A stretch of DNA of 64,000 bases, taken from positions 908 through 64,907 of the forward strand of contig CAZYIF010000007.1 in assembly GCA_964646995.1 (NCBI GenBank), read 5' to 3'. Under the pieces are notes generated by a model that had not been told where the DNA came from, searched no databases, and saw only the letters and a program-made list of their open reading frames with translations. Of the stretch, positions 1 through 8,473 are shown in pieces. The position numbers and the translations under genes were made by a program. Origin of the DNA: an uncultured Gammaproteobacteria bacterium. Its GTDB lineage: Bacteria; Pseudomonadota; Gammaproteobacteria; CAZYIF01. Numbering within the stretch: the stretch's first letter is position 1; every line of letters begins with the position of its first letter.

Positions 1-1561
1 TCGCATTAAACAACAGCATTATTTGATTACCCAACCAACACGATGCTTGCCATGGATGCTGCACAGGATACTTCATGCGCTCGATGACTAAGCGTGGATT
101 TTCCCACGCCCACTTACAGGCGGCCAGCACCGTCTTACAAACCGCTATAAACTGAGATAGCGCCTGATGCAGGGTGTAGACCAGGCGCGCTATTAAGGTG
201 GCAAATGTTATAAAAATATAGAAGCCACCCGTAACAACGTCATGTAGAATACCGGCCGTTTTCAACCCGGTCATCCAAGCGCCTACAGTGGCCATGGTTG
301 CTATGATAGCGGCCGCGCACCAAACACCAAGCACCAAAACGATAAACAAGGAACGCAAAGGACGTTGTTTAAAATCGAAAAGATCTTTAAATCTCTTGCG
401 GTTTTCAGCGTTACGCCAATATTCACAAAATTTCTCCCAGGACTGCATAGCATTGGCAATGAAACCAAGACACGCAACAGCGAGCAATAGGCCCAACACA
501 ATTAAAGCCCATGTCGGTATACTGGCGATCGTAACCATAGCCAGCATGGAATACCACATTTTGAAACCCAAACTGACTCCTGTCGCGAGACAGCAAACAG
601 CCCCTAAAAGCAGCCAAGGATCTTTAACAATATGTTTAAGACGTTTAAACGAAACATCTGTTTCGGCCATATTGCCCCAATACACCGGCAATAAGCAGTA
701 AAAGGAAATCGCCATAAAAATCATCCCAGGCCAAAAGCCCAGTATCGCCAATCCAAATAGCGATATGTGTGCAACCGCATAACCAATGATCCCTGCACGA
801 AATGCGCTGATGAGTATTTCAATAAAAGCAAATGCAATTATTCTTATATAGTCGCTATACGTCTTAGCAACAGGAAGTGTTGCAGCAGGAGCAACCTCAC
901 CCATCGCAGGCTCATTATTAATGGGAACAACAGCAGCACCGGCAATGGCTTCATCATCACTATCACTCTCAAGGGCCAGTGGAGGAAGTATCCGCTGTTG
1001 ACGGAGAGGGGAGCTAGAATGAGTAGAATGGGTAGAACCACTCTGTTGTTGCGCTAACGGCTGAAAGCTTGTTGGCGAATGGGGACTGTTTGGCGACAAA
1101 ATGTCGGCAGAATTAACGCTGGGGCCGGCAAGAAGAGCGCTATGTTTTTCCGAAGAAGATGTCCTCGGCAAAATGGGACCACCTCTTGGCGAGGTACTTG
1201 CGTCAGTTGTGTTAGCTGTGTTTCCTCTCCTCCTAAGGGAAGTACCAGTTGCTTGCGAAGAGCGCTTACCGGGTGAACTGATGAGATGCCTTTGTGAAAC
1301 AGTGGGACTATTTTCCAGTGATCTAGGGGATGTATTAGCGTCGCTTATGTCATCATCACGCGGGGATGGAACTGAAGTGAGTAAGGGCGATTGGACATCG
1401 TCGTCATCGAGATTGGCGGCCCTCGTCTCTGTAGAAGAAAGGCTTTCACTCCTCTGCATTATTTGAGGGTTACATACATCACAATCACGCTGCGCACAGA
1501 CACAAGACTGGCCCGCACCACCGGATTTACCAATATCGTCTTTTGCCTTAGGTTGGTACAT
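1..1561 (-). CDS. Edge-truncated hypothetical protein: ~230-aa Ser/Thr/Pro/Asp-rich N-terminal region followed by a multi-pass membrane region (C-terminus lies beyond the window start)
   Basis: Absent from the supplied ORF track because no stop falls inside the window. I checked the minus strand codon by codon. The ATG at 1561-1559 is the first start after the in-frame stop at 1609-1607. It is followed by 520 sense codons down to position 2. Translation starts MYQPKAKDDIGKSGGAGQSCVCAQRDCDVC...SPRDDDISDANTSPRSLENSP. From about aa 235 there are hydrophobic helices (IIAFAFIEILISAF, LAILGFWPGMIFMAISFYCLL, WALIVLGLLLAVACLGFI, LFIVLVLGVWCAAAIIATMA). No family recognised. Confidence 0.6.
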   Translation of the reverse strand, partial: MYQPKAKDDIGKSGGAGQSCVCAQRDCDVCNPQIMQRSESLSSTETRAANLDDDDVQSPLLTSVPSPRDDDISDANTSPRSLENSPTVSQRHLISSPGKRSSQATGTSLRRRGNTANTTDASTSPRGGPILPRTSSSEKHSALLAGPSVNSADILSPNSPHSPTSFQPLAQQQSGSTHSTHSSSPLRQQRILPPLALESDSDDEAIAGAAVVPINNEPAMGEVAPAATLPVAKTYSDYIRIIAFAFIEILISAFRAGIIGYAVAHISLFGLAILGFWPGMIFMAISFYCLLPVYWGNMAETDVSFKRLKHIVKDPWLLLGAVCCLATGVSLGFKMWYSMLAMVTIASIPTWALIVLGLLLAVACLGFIANAMQSWEKFCEYWRNAENRKRFKDLFDFKQRPLRSLFIVLVLGVWCAAAIIATMATVGAWMTGLKTAGILHDVVTGGFYIFITFATLIARLVYTLHQALSQFIAVCKTVLAACKWAWENPRLVIERMKYPVQHPWQASCWLGNQIMLLFNA

Positions 1562-1678
1562 ATTTTTATTACTTTTATTACGCTCCCAACAAGCTAAGGC
1601 GCGATACTAACACGCACGAGACAAAACGGTCAACGTTACCAATACAGAGCAGGCAACACACCCATTAAAAGCATTCAT

Positions 1679-1812
1679 AACTATTTGGCAATATTAAAGC
1701 AGGGTGATTTTGCTTGAAAACACAGTATTCCCTTTACGCGATGGAGTCTCCCCTTGGGAAACCCCATCGCTTGGTCCTCACCCGCAAGCGGATGCGATTT
1801 CTTTCTTTAAAA
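1679..1812 (-). repeat. Family A dispersed element, partial copy in reverse orientation
   Basis: AACTATTTGGCA terminus. GATTTTGCTTGAAAAC...TTTACGCGATGG is the reverse complement of the CCCCATCGCGTAAAGAAAAC...TTTTCAAG module seen at 52880, 37220 and 18350. The tail CCCCATCGCTTGGTCCTCACCCGCAAGCGGATG...CTTTCTTTAAAAA recurs at 38759-38817. Confidence 0.8.
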
Positions 1813-3706
1813 AGGACAATGCAGCGCTGCGTCGCCCTTTATACCAATTGGCTAATACGATAATAACGACTAGCGCAAAACAAGCACCACGCGCCATATT
1901 ATTTTCTAATAACAAACCCAATGCTGCACCGAGTAAGAGGACACGCTGCAGAATGGGCAGTGTTGCGAACAGCAAGCCTTCCACACCCCCAGCAAATGCA
2001 ACAATCAACGCAATAGTCGCAAAAATAGAGAGTACAAAAGCCAGCATCGATACGTCGGATGTCACAATTAAACTGGAAAAAGTCATCATCAGCGGGATCA
2101 GGAAAAAGCCTTGCGCCAATTTACATGCTTCTATGGAGGTACGCATCGGCGACGCATTTGCTATGCCCGCACCTGCAAATGCCGCTAAGGCGATCGGCGG
2201 TGTCACATTAGAAACCTGCGACAACCAAAACAACACCATGTGCGCCGTCAGCAAGGGGATGCCGAAGTTAGTTAGTGCCGGCACAGCAACAATAGACAAC
2301 ACGATATACGCTGCCGTCACTGGCAAACCCATACCTAATACCGAGGCCGCCAATGTCACCAATGCGAACGTCGACCACAAATAACCGCCGGATAATGTCA
2401 ACAAAAATTGGGTAAACTGCAAACCTATGCCCGTTTGCCCCACCACACCTACGACAATACCCGCCATCGCACACGCGGTTGAAACAGGCAACGCAAGCAA
2501 CGCCGCGTCTTTCATACCATGCAATAAAGTCGGCAAACTAAAACGCGTTTTTTTACGACACATGCCGGCAACTAAGATGGCACCACAACCACTGACACCG
2601 ACCAAAATAGGCGAATAATTCAGAATAAGTAGCACAGTAATAAACACTAACGGCAACAGAAAATGCCAACCCTGTTTGAGTAAATGACGAAATTTCTGCG
2701 TATGCTCCATGCCGCGCAATTGTAATTTACACGCCATCAAATGCACATACAGCAAGGTGCTGGCAAAATACAAAATCGCAGGCACGATAGAAACCAACAA
2801 AATTTTGCTGTAAGGAATGCCGGTAAACTGCGCCATGATGAATGCACCAGCGCCCATGATGGGTGGCATGATTTGGCCGCCAGTCGACGCAGCCGCTTCT
2901 ATACCTGCGGCTTGTTCGCCGCTGTAACCCAACTTTTTCATCATAGGAATAGTGATCGCACCCGTAGTGACCGTGTTAGCGATAGCCGATCCGGAAATCG
3001 AACCCAATGCAGCGGATGCCAATACGCTTGCTTTGGCTGGACCACCGCGATAACGCCCTGCAATCGCAAATGCACAGTCAATAAAAAATTCGCCTGCCCC
3101 CGTGACCTGCAAGAAGGAACCGAACAGAATAAACGTAAACACTACACTGGCTGCAATACCTAAGGCTTGGCCAAATATACCGTTGAGTGAAAAGATGTGG
3201 AACCGAATCATTTCATCTACCGAGAATCCTTTGCTGGCTAAATTAGCCGGTAACGCATCACCAAACATGGAATACACTAAAAAGAACAAACCCAAACACA
3301 CCATGACACTACCGATGGAACGTCGCGTGGCTTCTAGCAGTGCCACAATCATCAAACAACCAGCTAACCGCTCACGGTGCGTTACGCCCTCCAACAAAAA
3401 GCGCATGTCATCATAATCAAAGTGTACGATCAGCCATCCAGCCCACGTGACGCACACGATCAGTGCCAGATCCACCAAACGACCGCATACATACACGCCC
3501 GTCGACCTATGACTAGCAAATAGTGGCTTAGTCAGAAAAACTAACACAATAATTACCGTTAAATGCACCGGTCTAAACACCGGAGCAGATAAGTCTGCCG
3601 TAATACCCTGCCACAATTGAAAAATAGACAAAGCAACCGCCACCGCGCCGGCAAGTCCTAAGGTAACATAGGTAATCGCGCGCACATACTTACTGGCTTG
3701 AGACAT
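1778..3706 (-). CDS. TRAP transporter fused large permease (TAXI-type system)
   Basis: 642-aa very hydrophobic Gly/Ala-rich multi-TM ORF, 32 bp downstream of a TAXI-family receptor gene on the same strand. The last 11 codons and the TGA lie inside the repeat at 1679-1812. Confidence 0.8.
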   Translation of the reverse strand: MSQASKYVRAITYVTLGLAGAVAVALSIFQLWQGITADLSAPVFRPVHLTVIIVLVFLTKPLFASHRSTGVYVCGRLVDLALIVCVTWAGWLIVHFDYDDMRFLLEGVTHRERLAGCLMIVALLEATRRSIGSVMVCLGLFFLVYSMFGDALPANLASKGFSVDEMIRFHIFSLNGIFGQALGIAASVVFTFILFGSFLQVTGAGEFFIDCAFAIAGRYRGGPAKASVLASAALGSISGSAIANTVTTGAITIPMMKKLGYSGEQAAGIEAAASTGGQIMPPIMGAGAFIMAQFTGIPYSKILLVSIVPAILYFASTLLYVHLMACKLQLRGMEHTQKFRHLLKQGWHFLLPLVFITVLLILNYSPILVGVSGCGAILVAGMCRKKTRFSLPTLLHGMKDAALLALPVSTACAMAGIVVGVVGQTGIGLQFTQFLLTLSGGYLWSTFALVTLAASVLGMGLPVTAAYIVLSIVAVPALTNFGIPLLTAHMVLFWLSQVSNVTPPIALAAFAGAGIANASPMRTSIEACKLAQGFFLIPLMMTFSSLIVTSDVSMLAFVLSIFATIALIVAFAGGVEGLLFATLPILQRVLLLGAALGLLLENNMARGACFALVVIIVLANWYKGRRSAALSFLKKEIASACG

Positions 3707-3737
3707 GAGAGACTCCTTGTAATAGGCTTAGCATTGC

Positions 3738-4670
3738 TTACTGTGGATTAGTTTCTTGAAGGAATTTTTCCGTACCAATGTGCAACGGCACGCCGACCAA
3801 GCGATGTGCGTTCTCTGGGGTCATAAATTTTGCGACTTCGATCACGTTGCTGATCGCCGCCAAGTTGTGATACGCAGACTTCACCATCTCGTAGGCCAGC
3901 GCCGTATCTAAATCACGCTTGACCACCAACACATTCCACACCGCAGGCGCTTGAAAGGCGGGTACATGATGATAAACCTCGGCGGGCACTTCGGTTTTTT
4001 CATACGAGGGATCCGCGGCGTGAATCTTGGCGATGTCCTCATCAGAAAACGACAAAATACGAATATCGTGCGTAATGGCAAGCGCCGTGATAGCGCCCAC
4101 ATTAACGCTACCGACAATGACACCCGCATCAATTTGACTGTTAGCAATAGCATCCGCTGTCTCGGAATAGTCTAAGGCTTGCGCCTGCAGGTCTTCCCGT
4201 TTGATGCCCAACGCTTCTAGGATATGTAGTGCGCTAATTCGAGTACCTGATCCCGGCTCGCCGAGCGACACGCGCTTGCCTTTCAAATCTTGGATGGTGC
4301 GAATAGACGAACGCGCGGGCACCATGATCTGCACGACATTCGGATATAACGCCAATAACACAGCAATATCCATGGCATGTGTAAACGGTGGCCGACCTTG
4401 CACCGCTTGCAGTGCCACATCCCCCATGCTAATCCCTACGAGTTGCTGTCCATTGCTCACCTTGATGATATTTTCTACCGACGCCGCGGTCACCTCCGCG
4501 CGCATGGTGAAATCTTTAATGTTGTCTTGCCACACTTGTGCGAGCATTCCGCCCAAAGGGTAATAAGTGCCACTTTGGTTGCCTGTACCGATGACATAAC
4601 TGGTTGCCGCCGCCGGCACAGCAACCATCAATAAAACCAAGCTAAACACGCAATTAAACAATAAATTCAT
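3738..4670 (-). CDS. TAXI-family TRAP transporter solute receptor
   Basis: 310 aa with signal peptide MNLLFNCVFSLVLLMVAVPAAA. Motif GTGNQSGTYYPLGG is typical of TAXI periplasmic receptors. Adjacent to the fused permease. Confidence 0.8.
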   Translation of the reverse strand: MNLLFNCVFSLVLLMVAVPAAATSYVIGTGNQSGTYYPLGGMLAQVWQDNIKDFTMRAEVTAASVENIIKVSNGQQLVGISMGDVALQAVQGRPPFTHAMDIAVLLALYPNVVQIMVPARSSIRTIQDLKGKRVSLGEPGSGTRISALHILEALGIKREDLQAQALDYSETADAIANSQIDAGVIVGSVNVGAITALAITHDIRILSFSDEDIAKIHAADPSYEKTEVPAEVYHHVPAFQAPAVWNVLVVKRDLDTALAYEMVKSAYHNLAAISNVIEVAKFMTPENAHRLVGVPLHIGTEKFLQETNPQ

Positions 4671-4750
4671 CTTCCAGATCCCTCGTCAAATTACATCGAA
4701 ATCGCAAAATACAGGTCCATCGTGTAGGACTGCTTGTCAGTAACACCACA

Positions 4751-4767
4751 GCAGTATAAAATACTGC
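4751..4767. promoter_or_regulatory. Perfect 7-3-7 palindrome GCAGTATAAAATACTGC upstream of the TRAP operon; candidate operator overlapping a TATAAAAT -10-like box
   Basis: Read directly. It lies about 80 bp upstream of the TAXI receptor start (4670) in the 460-bp divergent intergenic region. Confidence 0.3.
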
Positions 4768-5131
4768 CAGTTCAACATTAGGGGCTAAGTTTACGCTGGC
4801 TTATAGCAAAATGTAAACCAAAAGCTGGCGTGTGTGCCGCAGCCCAACCCTAAGGGGCACGTGACTATTCAGTAAAAACGCCCAATAATTACACTTTTTG
4901 TTACGCCAAGCCCAATGAAATTGGGCGTAACGCCACGGGAGAATCACATCTACCCTCAAGAAGCCTCAGGTGAATGTTCATTTTTTTTCAGAAATTCCGC
5001 AAAAAATATCAAGCACTCCTCTTTAAGCTTAAACAACTCGGCCGCAAGCTAACACTCACTGACATTTTTATGTTGCAATAGTCCTCAACCCGCCGCCGGC
5101 CGAAGCATAACAACAGACAGTGAGGATAACC

Positions 5132-6166
5132 GTGATCGATTTTCGCAGTGATAATGTGGTAACAGTACATCCAGCCATCATGGAGAGCCTGCTGCAGGCC
5201 AACCACGCAACGCAATCCTCTTACGGCACGGATGACTATTCGCTGCGTCTTAGCGAAGTATTAGCTGACTTATTTGCAACAGAAGTATCTGTTTATTTAA
5301 CTAACACAGGAACGGCTGCTAACAGCCTGAGCCTGTCTGCTTTGGTCAACGCTTACGAAACCGTGTACTGTCACCATCACGCCCACATCCAAACCGATGA
5401 GTGTGGCGCTCCCGAATTGTACACCGGTGGCGCTAAACTCACGCTCATCGATGGCGCCGACGGCAAATTATGCGTAGACAAATTACAGCAAGCCTATAAT
5501 GCGGCACAGGCCTCAGCACCGCACAGCATGCGGCCCGGCTGCATCAGCATCACCCAAGCCACAGAACACGGCACCGTTTATTCGCTGGATGAACTCGCGC
5601 GACTCAACGCTTTTGCGCAAACACACCACCTCCCCATCCATATGGACGGGGCACGCTTTGCCAACAGCCTTGTCAGCTTAGGTTGCACACCCGCACAGTT
5701 AACCTGGCAATCGGGTATAGATGTACTCAGTTTGGGGGCCACCAAAAATGGCGCCATGGCAGCCGAAGCCGTGGTGTTCTTCAATCAACACTACGCCCAA
5801 CACTTCGCTTATTTGCATAAGCGGGCCGGCCAGCTGATGTCTAAAACACGCTTTTTCGCCAGCCAACTCTTGGCTTATTTTAAGGATGGACTGTGGCTGA
5901 GTAATGCCGCCCATGCCAATAGCATGGCAACGCAGCTGGCGCTGCTTTTCAAAAGTCACGGCCTGCCTCTAGCGTACCCGACACAAGCAAATGCAGTGTT
6001 CGTCTATTTATCCCCTGCCGTAGCAGCACACTTGCGCCAAGACGACATCCATTTCTATACCTGGGACGAGAGCACCCCCAACACGCTTTACCGTTTCGTC
6101 ACGGCCTTTACTACCACAACAACGGATCTCGCGACGCTAGCGCGTAGCCTACAAACAGCACCCTAA
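5132..6166 (+). CDS. ltaE: Low-specificity L-threonine aldolase (PLP-dependent)
   Basis: IDFRSDNVVTVHPAIMESL N-terminus, plus GTAANSL and GATKNG motifs of the threonine aldolase family. Start moved from GTG 5120 to GTG 5132 (GAGGA 7 nt upstream) to match the family's MIDxRSD start. Confidence 0.8.
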   Translation: MIDFRSDNVVTVHPAIMESLLQANHATQSSYGTDDYSLRLSEVLADLFATEVSVYLTNTGTAANSLSLSALVNAYETVYCHHHAHIQTDECGAPELYTGGAKLTLIDGADGKLCVDKLQQAYNAAQASAPHSMRPGCISITQATEHGTVYSLDELARLNAFAQTHHLPIHMDGARFANSLVSLGCTPAQLTWQSGIDVLSLGATKNGAMAAEAVVFFNQHYAQHFAYLHKRAGQLMSKTRFFASQLLAYFKDGLWLSNAAHANSMATQLALLFKSHGLPLAYPTQANAVFVYLSPAVAAHLRQDDIHFYTWDESTPNTLYRFVTAFTTTTTDLATLARSLQTAP

Positions 6167-6273
6167 ATTTCGCAACGCAGCAGCAAGTTGACAAGCTCTA
6201 ACAACAAAACCGTAATTTCGCAATAAGATTGCTTGCATTTAATAATGAATTTGGGTAGGATCGGGTCAATTAT

Positions 6274-6350
<77 letters not shown>

Positions 6351-6386
6351 AAAAACAGTGGCTTAGCGTAAACAAGTCACACACCT

Positions 6387-6413
6387 CAAAAAGCCCCTAC
6401 TAGGGGCTTTTTG
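6387..6413 (+). terminator. Rho-independent terminator after the initiator tRNA
   Basis: AAAAAGCCCCT-ACT-AGGGGCTTTTT: 7-bp GC-rich stem, 3-nt loop, T5 tract. Confidence 0.7.
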
Positions 6414-6472
6414 TTAGGTGGTAGTACATTGGTGGGCGCTAAGGCCCACTTTTTATTTATGGGTAACTTGCG

Positions 6473-6928
6473 ATGAGTATGCAAATCACACAAGTCGATG
6501 CCTTGCTGGCGCCAACGATTGAGGCGCTTGGACTGTCTCTGTGGGGATGTGAGTACGCCGTGCAAGATGGCCATAAATTACTGCGCATCTACATTGACAG
6601 TCCACACGGCGTCACCATAGAAGATTGCAGTAAAGTCAGTCGCGAGATTCGCGCCATATTGGCCGTAGAAGCTGAGCTGGCGCAAACCTATGGACTGGAA
6701 GTCTCTTCCCCTGGGTTAGAAAGACAATTGTTTAAACGGGAACAGTACCGATCCTTTTTAGGTAAGTGGCTTGCTGTGCAAGTACATGTACCGCTGGCTG
6801 GACGCCGTCGATTTAAGGGTCTGCTGGCTGCCGTCGATGACACAGCAGTAACGCTTAGCATCGGTGAAGAGACAGTGTGTTTGCCATTGACGGCAATCGC
6901 TAAAGCCCATGTCGTGTTGCAAGAATAA
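6473..6928 (+). CDS. rimP: Ribosome maturation factor RimP
   Basis: 151 aa. Conserved position between the initiator tRNA and nusA. Family-like LEVSSPGLERQL motif. Confidence 0.9.
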   Translation: MSMQITQVDALLAPTIEALGLSLWGCEYAVQDGHKLLRIYIDSPHGVTIEDCSKVSREIRAILAVEAELAQTYGLEVSSPGLERQLFKREQYRSFLGKWLAVQVHVPLAGRRRFKGLLAAVDDTAVTLSIGEETVCLPLTAIAKAHVVLQE

Positions 6929-6940
6929 AGTGAGGCAAAG

Positions 6941-8428
6941 ATGAGTAAAGATCTCTTGGTAATGGTTGAATCTGTATCTAACGAAAAAGGTATAGAAAAA
7001 TCTGCCATTCTAGCGGCATTGGAAGCAGCCCTAGCCATGGCAACGAAAAAGCGTAACAACAGCAATATTTCCGTGCGCGTTGCCATTGATCCAACCACAG
7101 GAAATTATTCGACATTCCGTTATTGGGATGTTGTGGCGACAGAAGACGACATAGAAGAACCGGATGCGCAATTAAACCTGCAACAAGCACAAATCAAAGA
7201 CCCTAACATACAGGTCGGTGGCGTCGTTGAAGAATCCATGGACTCCATAGAATTTGGCCGCATCGCTGCGCAAATCGCCAAACAGGTCGTTCTGCAAAAA
7301 GTCAGAGAAGCCGAGAAGGCACAGGTCTTAAAATCCTATGAAGACCAATTGGGCAAACTCGTCACCGGCGTCGTGAAAAAGGTCACACGTGATTATGTCT
7401 TGCTGGATTTGGGACGTAATGCAGAAGCGATACTTAACCGAGAAGAAATGATTCCGCGCGAAAACATGCGCATGAATGACAGAATACGTTGTTACCTTTA
7501 CGACATTCGTCCAGAAGCACGTGGCCCACAAATTTTTGTGAGCCGCGCACGCCCAGAAATGTTAATGGAGTTATTCAAAATTGAAGTGCCTGAAATTGGG
7601 GAAGAAGTCTTACAAATCAAAGGCGCCGCGCGTGACCCGGGTTCGCGCGCGAAAATTGCGGTAAAAACCAACGACGGTCGTATCGACCCTATCGGTGCCT
7701 GCGTCGGGATGCGTGGTTCACGTGTACAGTCCGTATCAGGAGAACTCGGTGGCGAACGCATCGACATCATTTTATGGGACGCCAATCCAGCACAACTCGT
7801 GATTAATGCCATGGCTCCCGCTGAAGTCGCTTCGATCATGGTAGACGAAGACAAACATACGATGGATGTTCTCGTCGCAGAAGAACAATTGTCACAAGCC
7901 ATCGGTCGTAACGGACAAAACGTTCGCTTAGCCAGTGAGCTCACCGGATGGAAAATCAATGTCATGACGGAAGCACAAGCGTCTGCGAAGGACAAAGAAG
8001 AAAACCAACAAATAGCCTCTACCTTCATCGATGCATTAGATGTCGATGAAGAAGTAGCTACCTTGTTAGCACAAGAAGGCTTTGCCACTCTGGAAGAAGT
8101 CGCCTACGTAGCGCCCGAAGAATTAGCCGATATTGAGGGCTTTGATCAAGAGATAGCAGAAGAATTGCAATCACGTGCGAAAGACGTGCTACTTACTCGC
8201 GCGATCGCAGCAGAAGAGCTATTTGGTAGCAATGAACCCGCAGCCGATTTATTGGCGCTCCCAGGAATGACACGTTATTTAGCTTTTGTGCTCGCCGGCC
8301 GCGGTATTATTACGCAAGAAGATTTGGCAGAACAAGCCGTCGATGATCTGCTCGACATCGAAGGGCTTTCCGCCGAAGAAGCTGCAAAATTCATCATGGC
8401 CGCGCGTGCGCCATGGTTTGCTGAATAG
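6941..8428 (+). CDS. nusA: Transcription termination/antitermination factor NusA
   Basis: 495 aa. S1/KH region (GACVGMRGSRVQ, AIGRNGQNVRLA) and C-terminal acidic repeats. GAGG RBS. Confidence 0.95.
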   Translation: MSKDLLVMVESVSNEKGIEKSAILAALEAALAMATKKRNNSNISVRVAIDPTTGNYSTFRYWDVVATEDDIEEPDAQLNLQQAQIKDPNIQVGGVVEESMDSIEFGRIAAQIAKQVVLQKVREAEKAQVLKSYEDQLGKLVTGVVKKVTRDYVLLDLGRNAEAILNREEMIPRENMRMNDRIRCYLYDIRPEARGPQIFVSRARPEMLMELFKIEVPEIGEEVLQIKGAARDPGSRAKIAVKTNDGRIDPIGACVGMRGSRVQSVSGELGGERIDIILWDANPAQLVINAMAPAEVASIMVDEDKHTMDVLVAEEQLSQAIGRNGQNVRLASELTGWKINVMTEAQASAKDKEENQQIASTFIDALDVDEEVATLLAQEGFATLEEVAYVAPEELADIEGFDQEIAEELQSRAKDVLLTRAIAAEELFGSNEPAADLLALPGMTRYLAFVLAGRGIITQEDLAEQAVDDLLDIEGLSAEEAAKFIMAARAPWFAE

Positions 8429-8473
8429 AATAAGCTAGACAGTACAAGGTAGACATAAAGGGGAATAGTAAAA

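Noticed and set aside
288-1466. Plus-strand ORFs 288-701, 767-1057, 1079-1276 and 1101-1466, and the short minus-strand ORFs 301-501, 423-617 and 844-1041
   Set aside because: All lie inside the 520-codon minus-strand ORF that runs off the window edge. They overlap each other, lack RBSs and have junk-like composition, so they are shadow ORFs.
1704-3416. Plus-strand ORFs antisense to the TRAP permease (1704-2384, 2427-2618, 2741-3163, 3102-3416)
   Set aside because: They are antisense shadows within a well-supported membrane-protein gene. The 5' part of 1704-2384 is simply the family A repeat.
4900-5131. Possible glycine riboswitch or attenuator upstream of the threonine aldolase gene (CGGGAGAATCAC...CTCAGGTGAATGTTCATTTTTTTT)
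   Set aside because: It shows only loose resemblance to the GGAGAG...CTCAGG glycine-aptamer core. There is no convincing paired stems or tandem aptamer, and the hairpin before the T-run has only about 4 bp.
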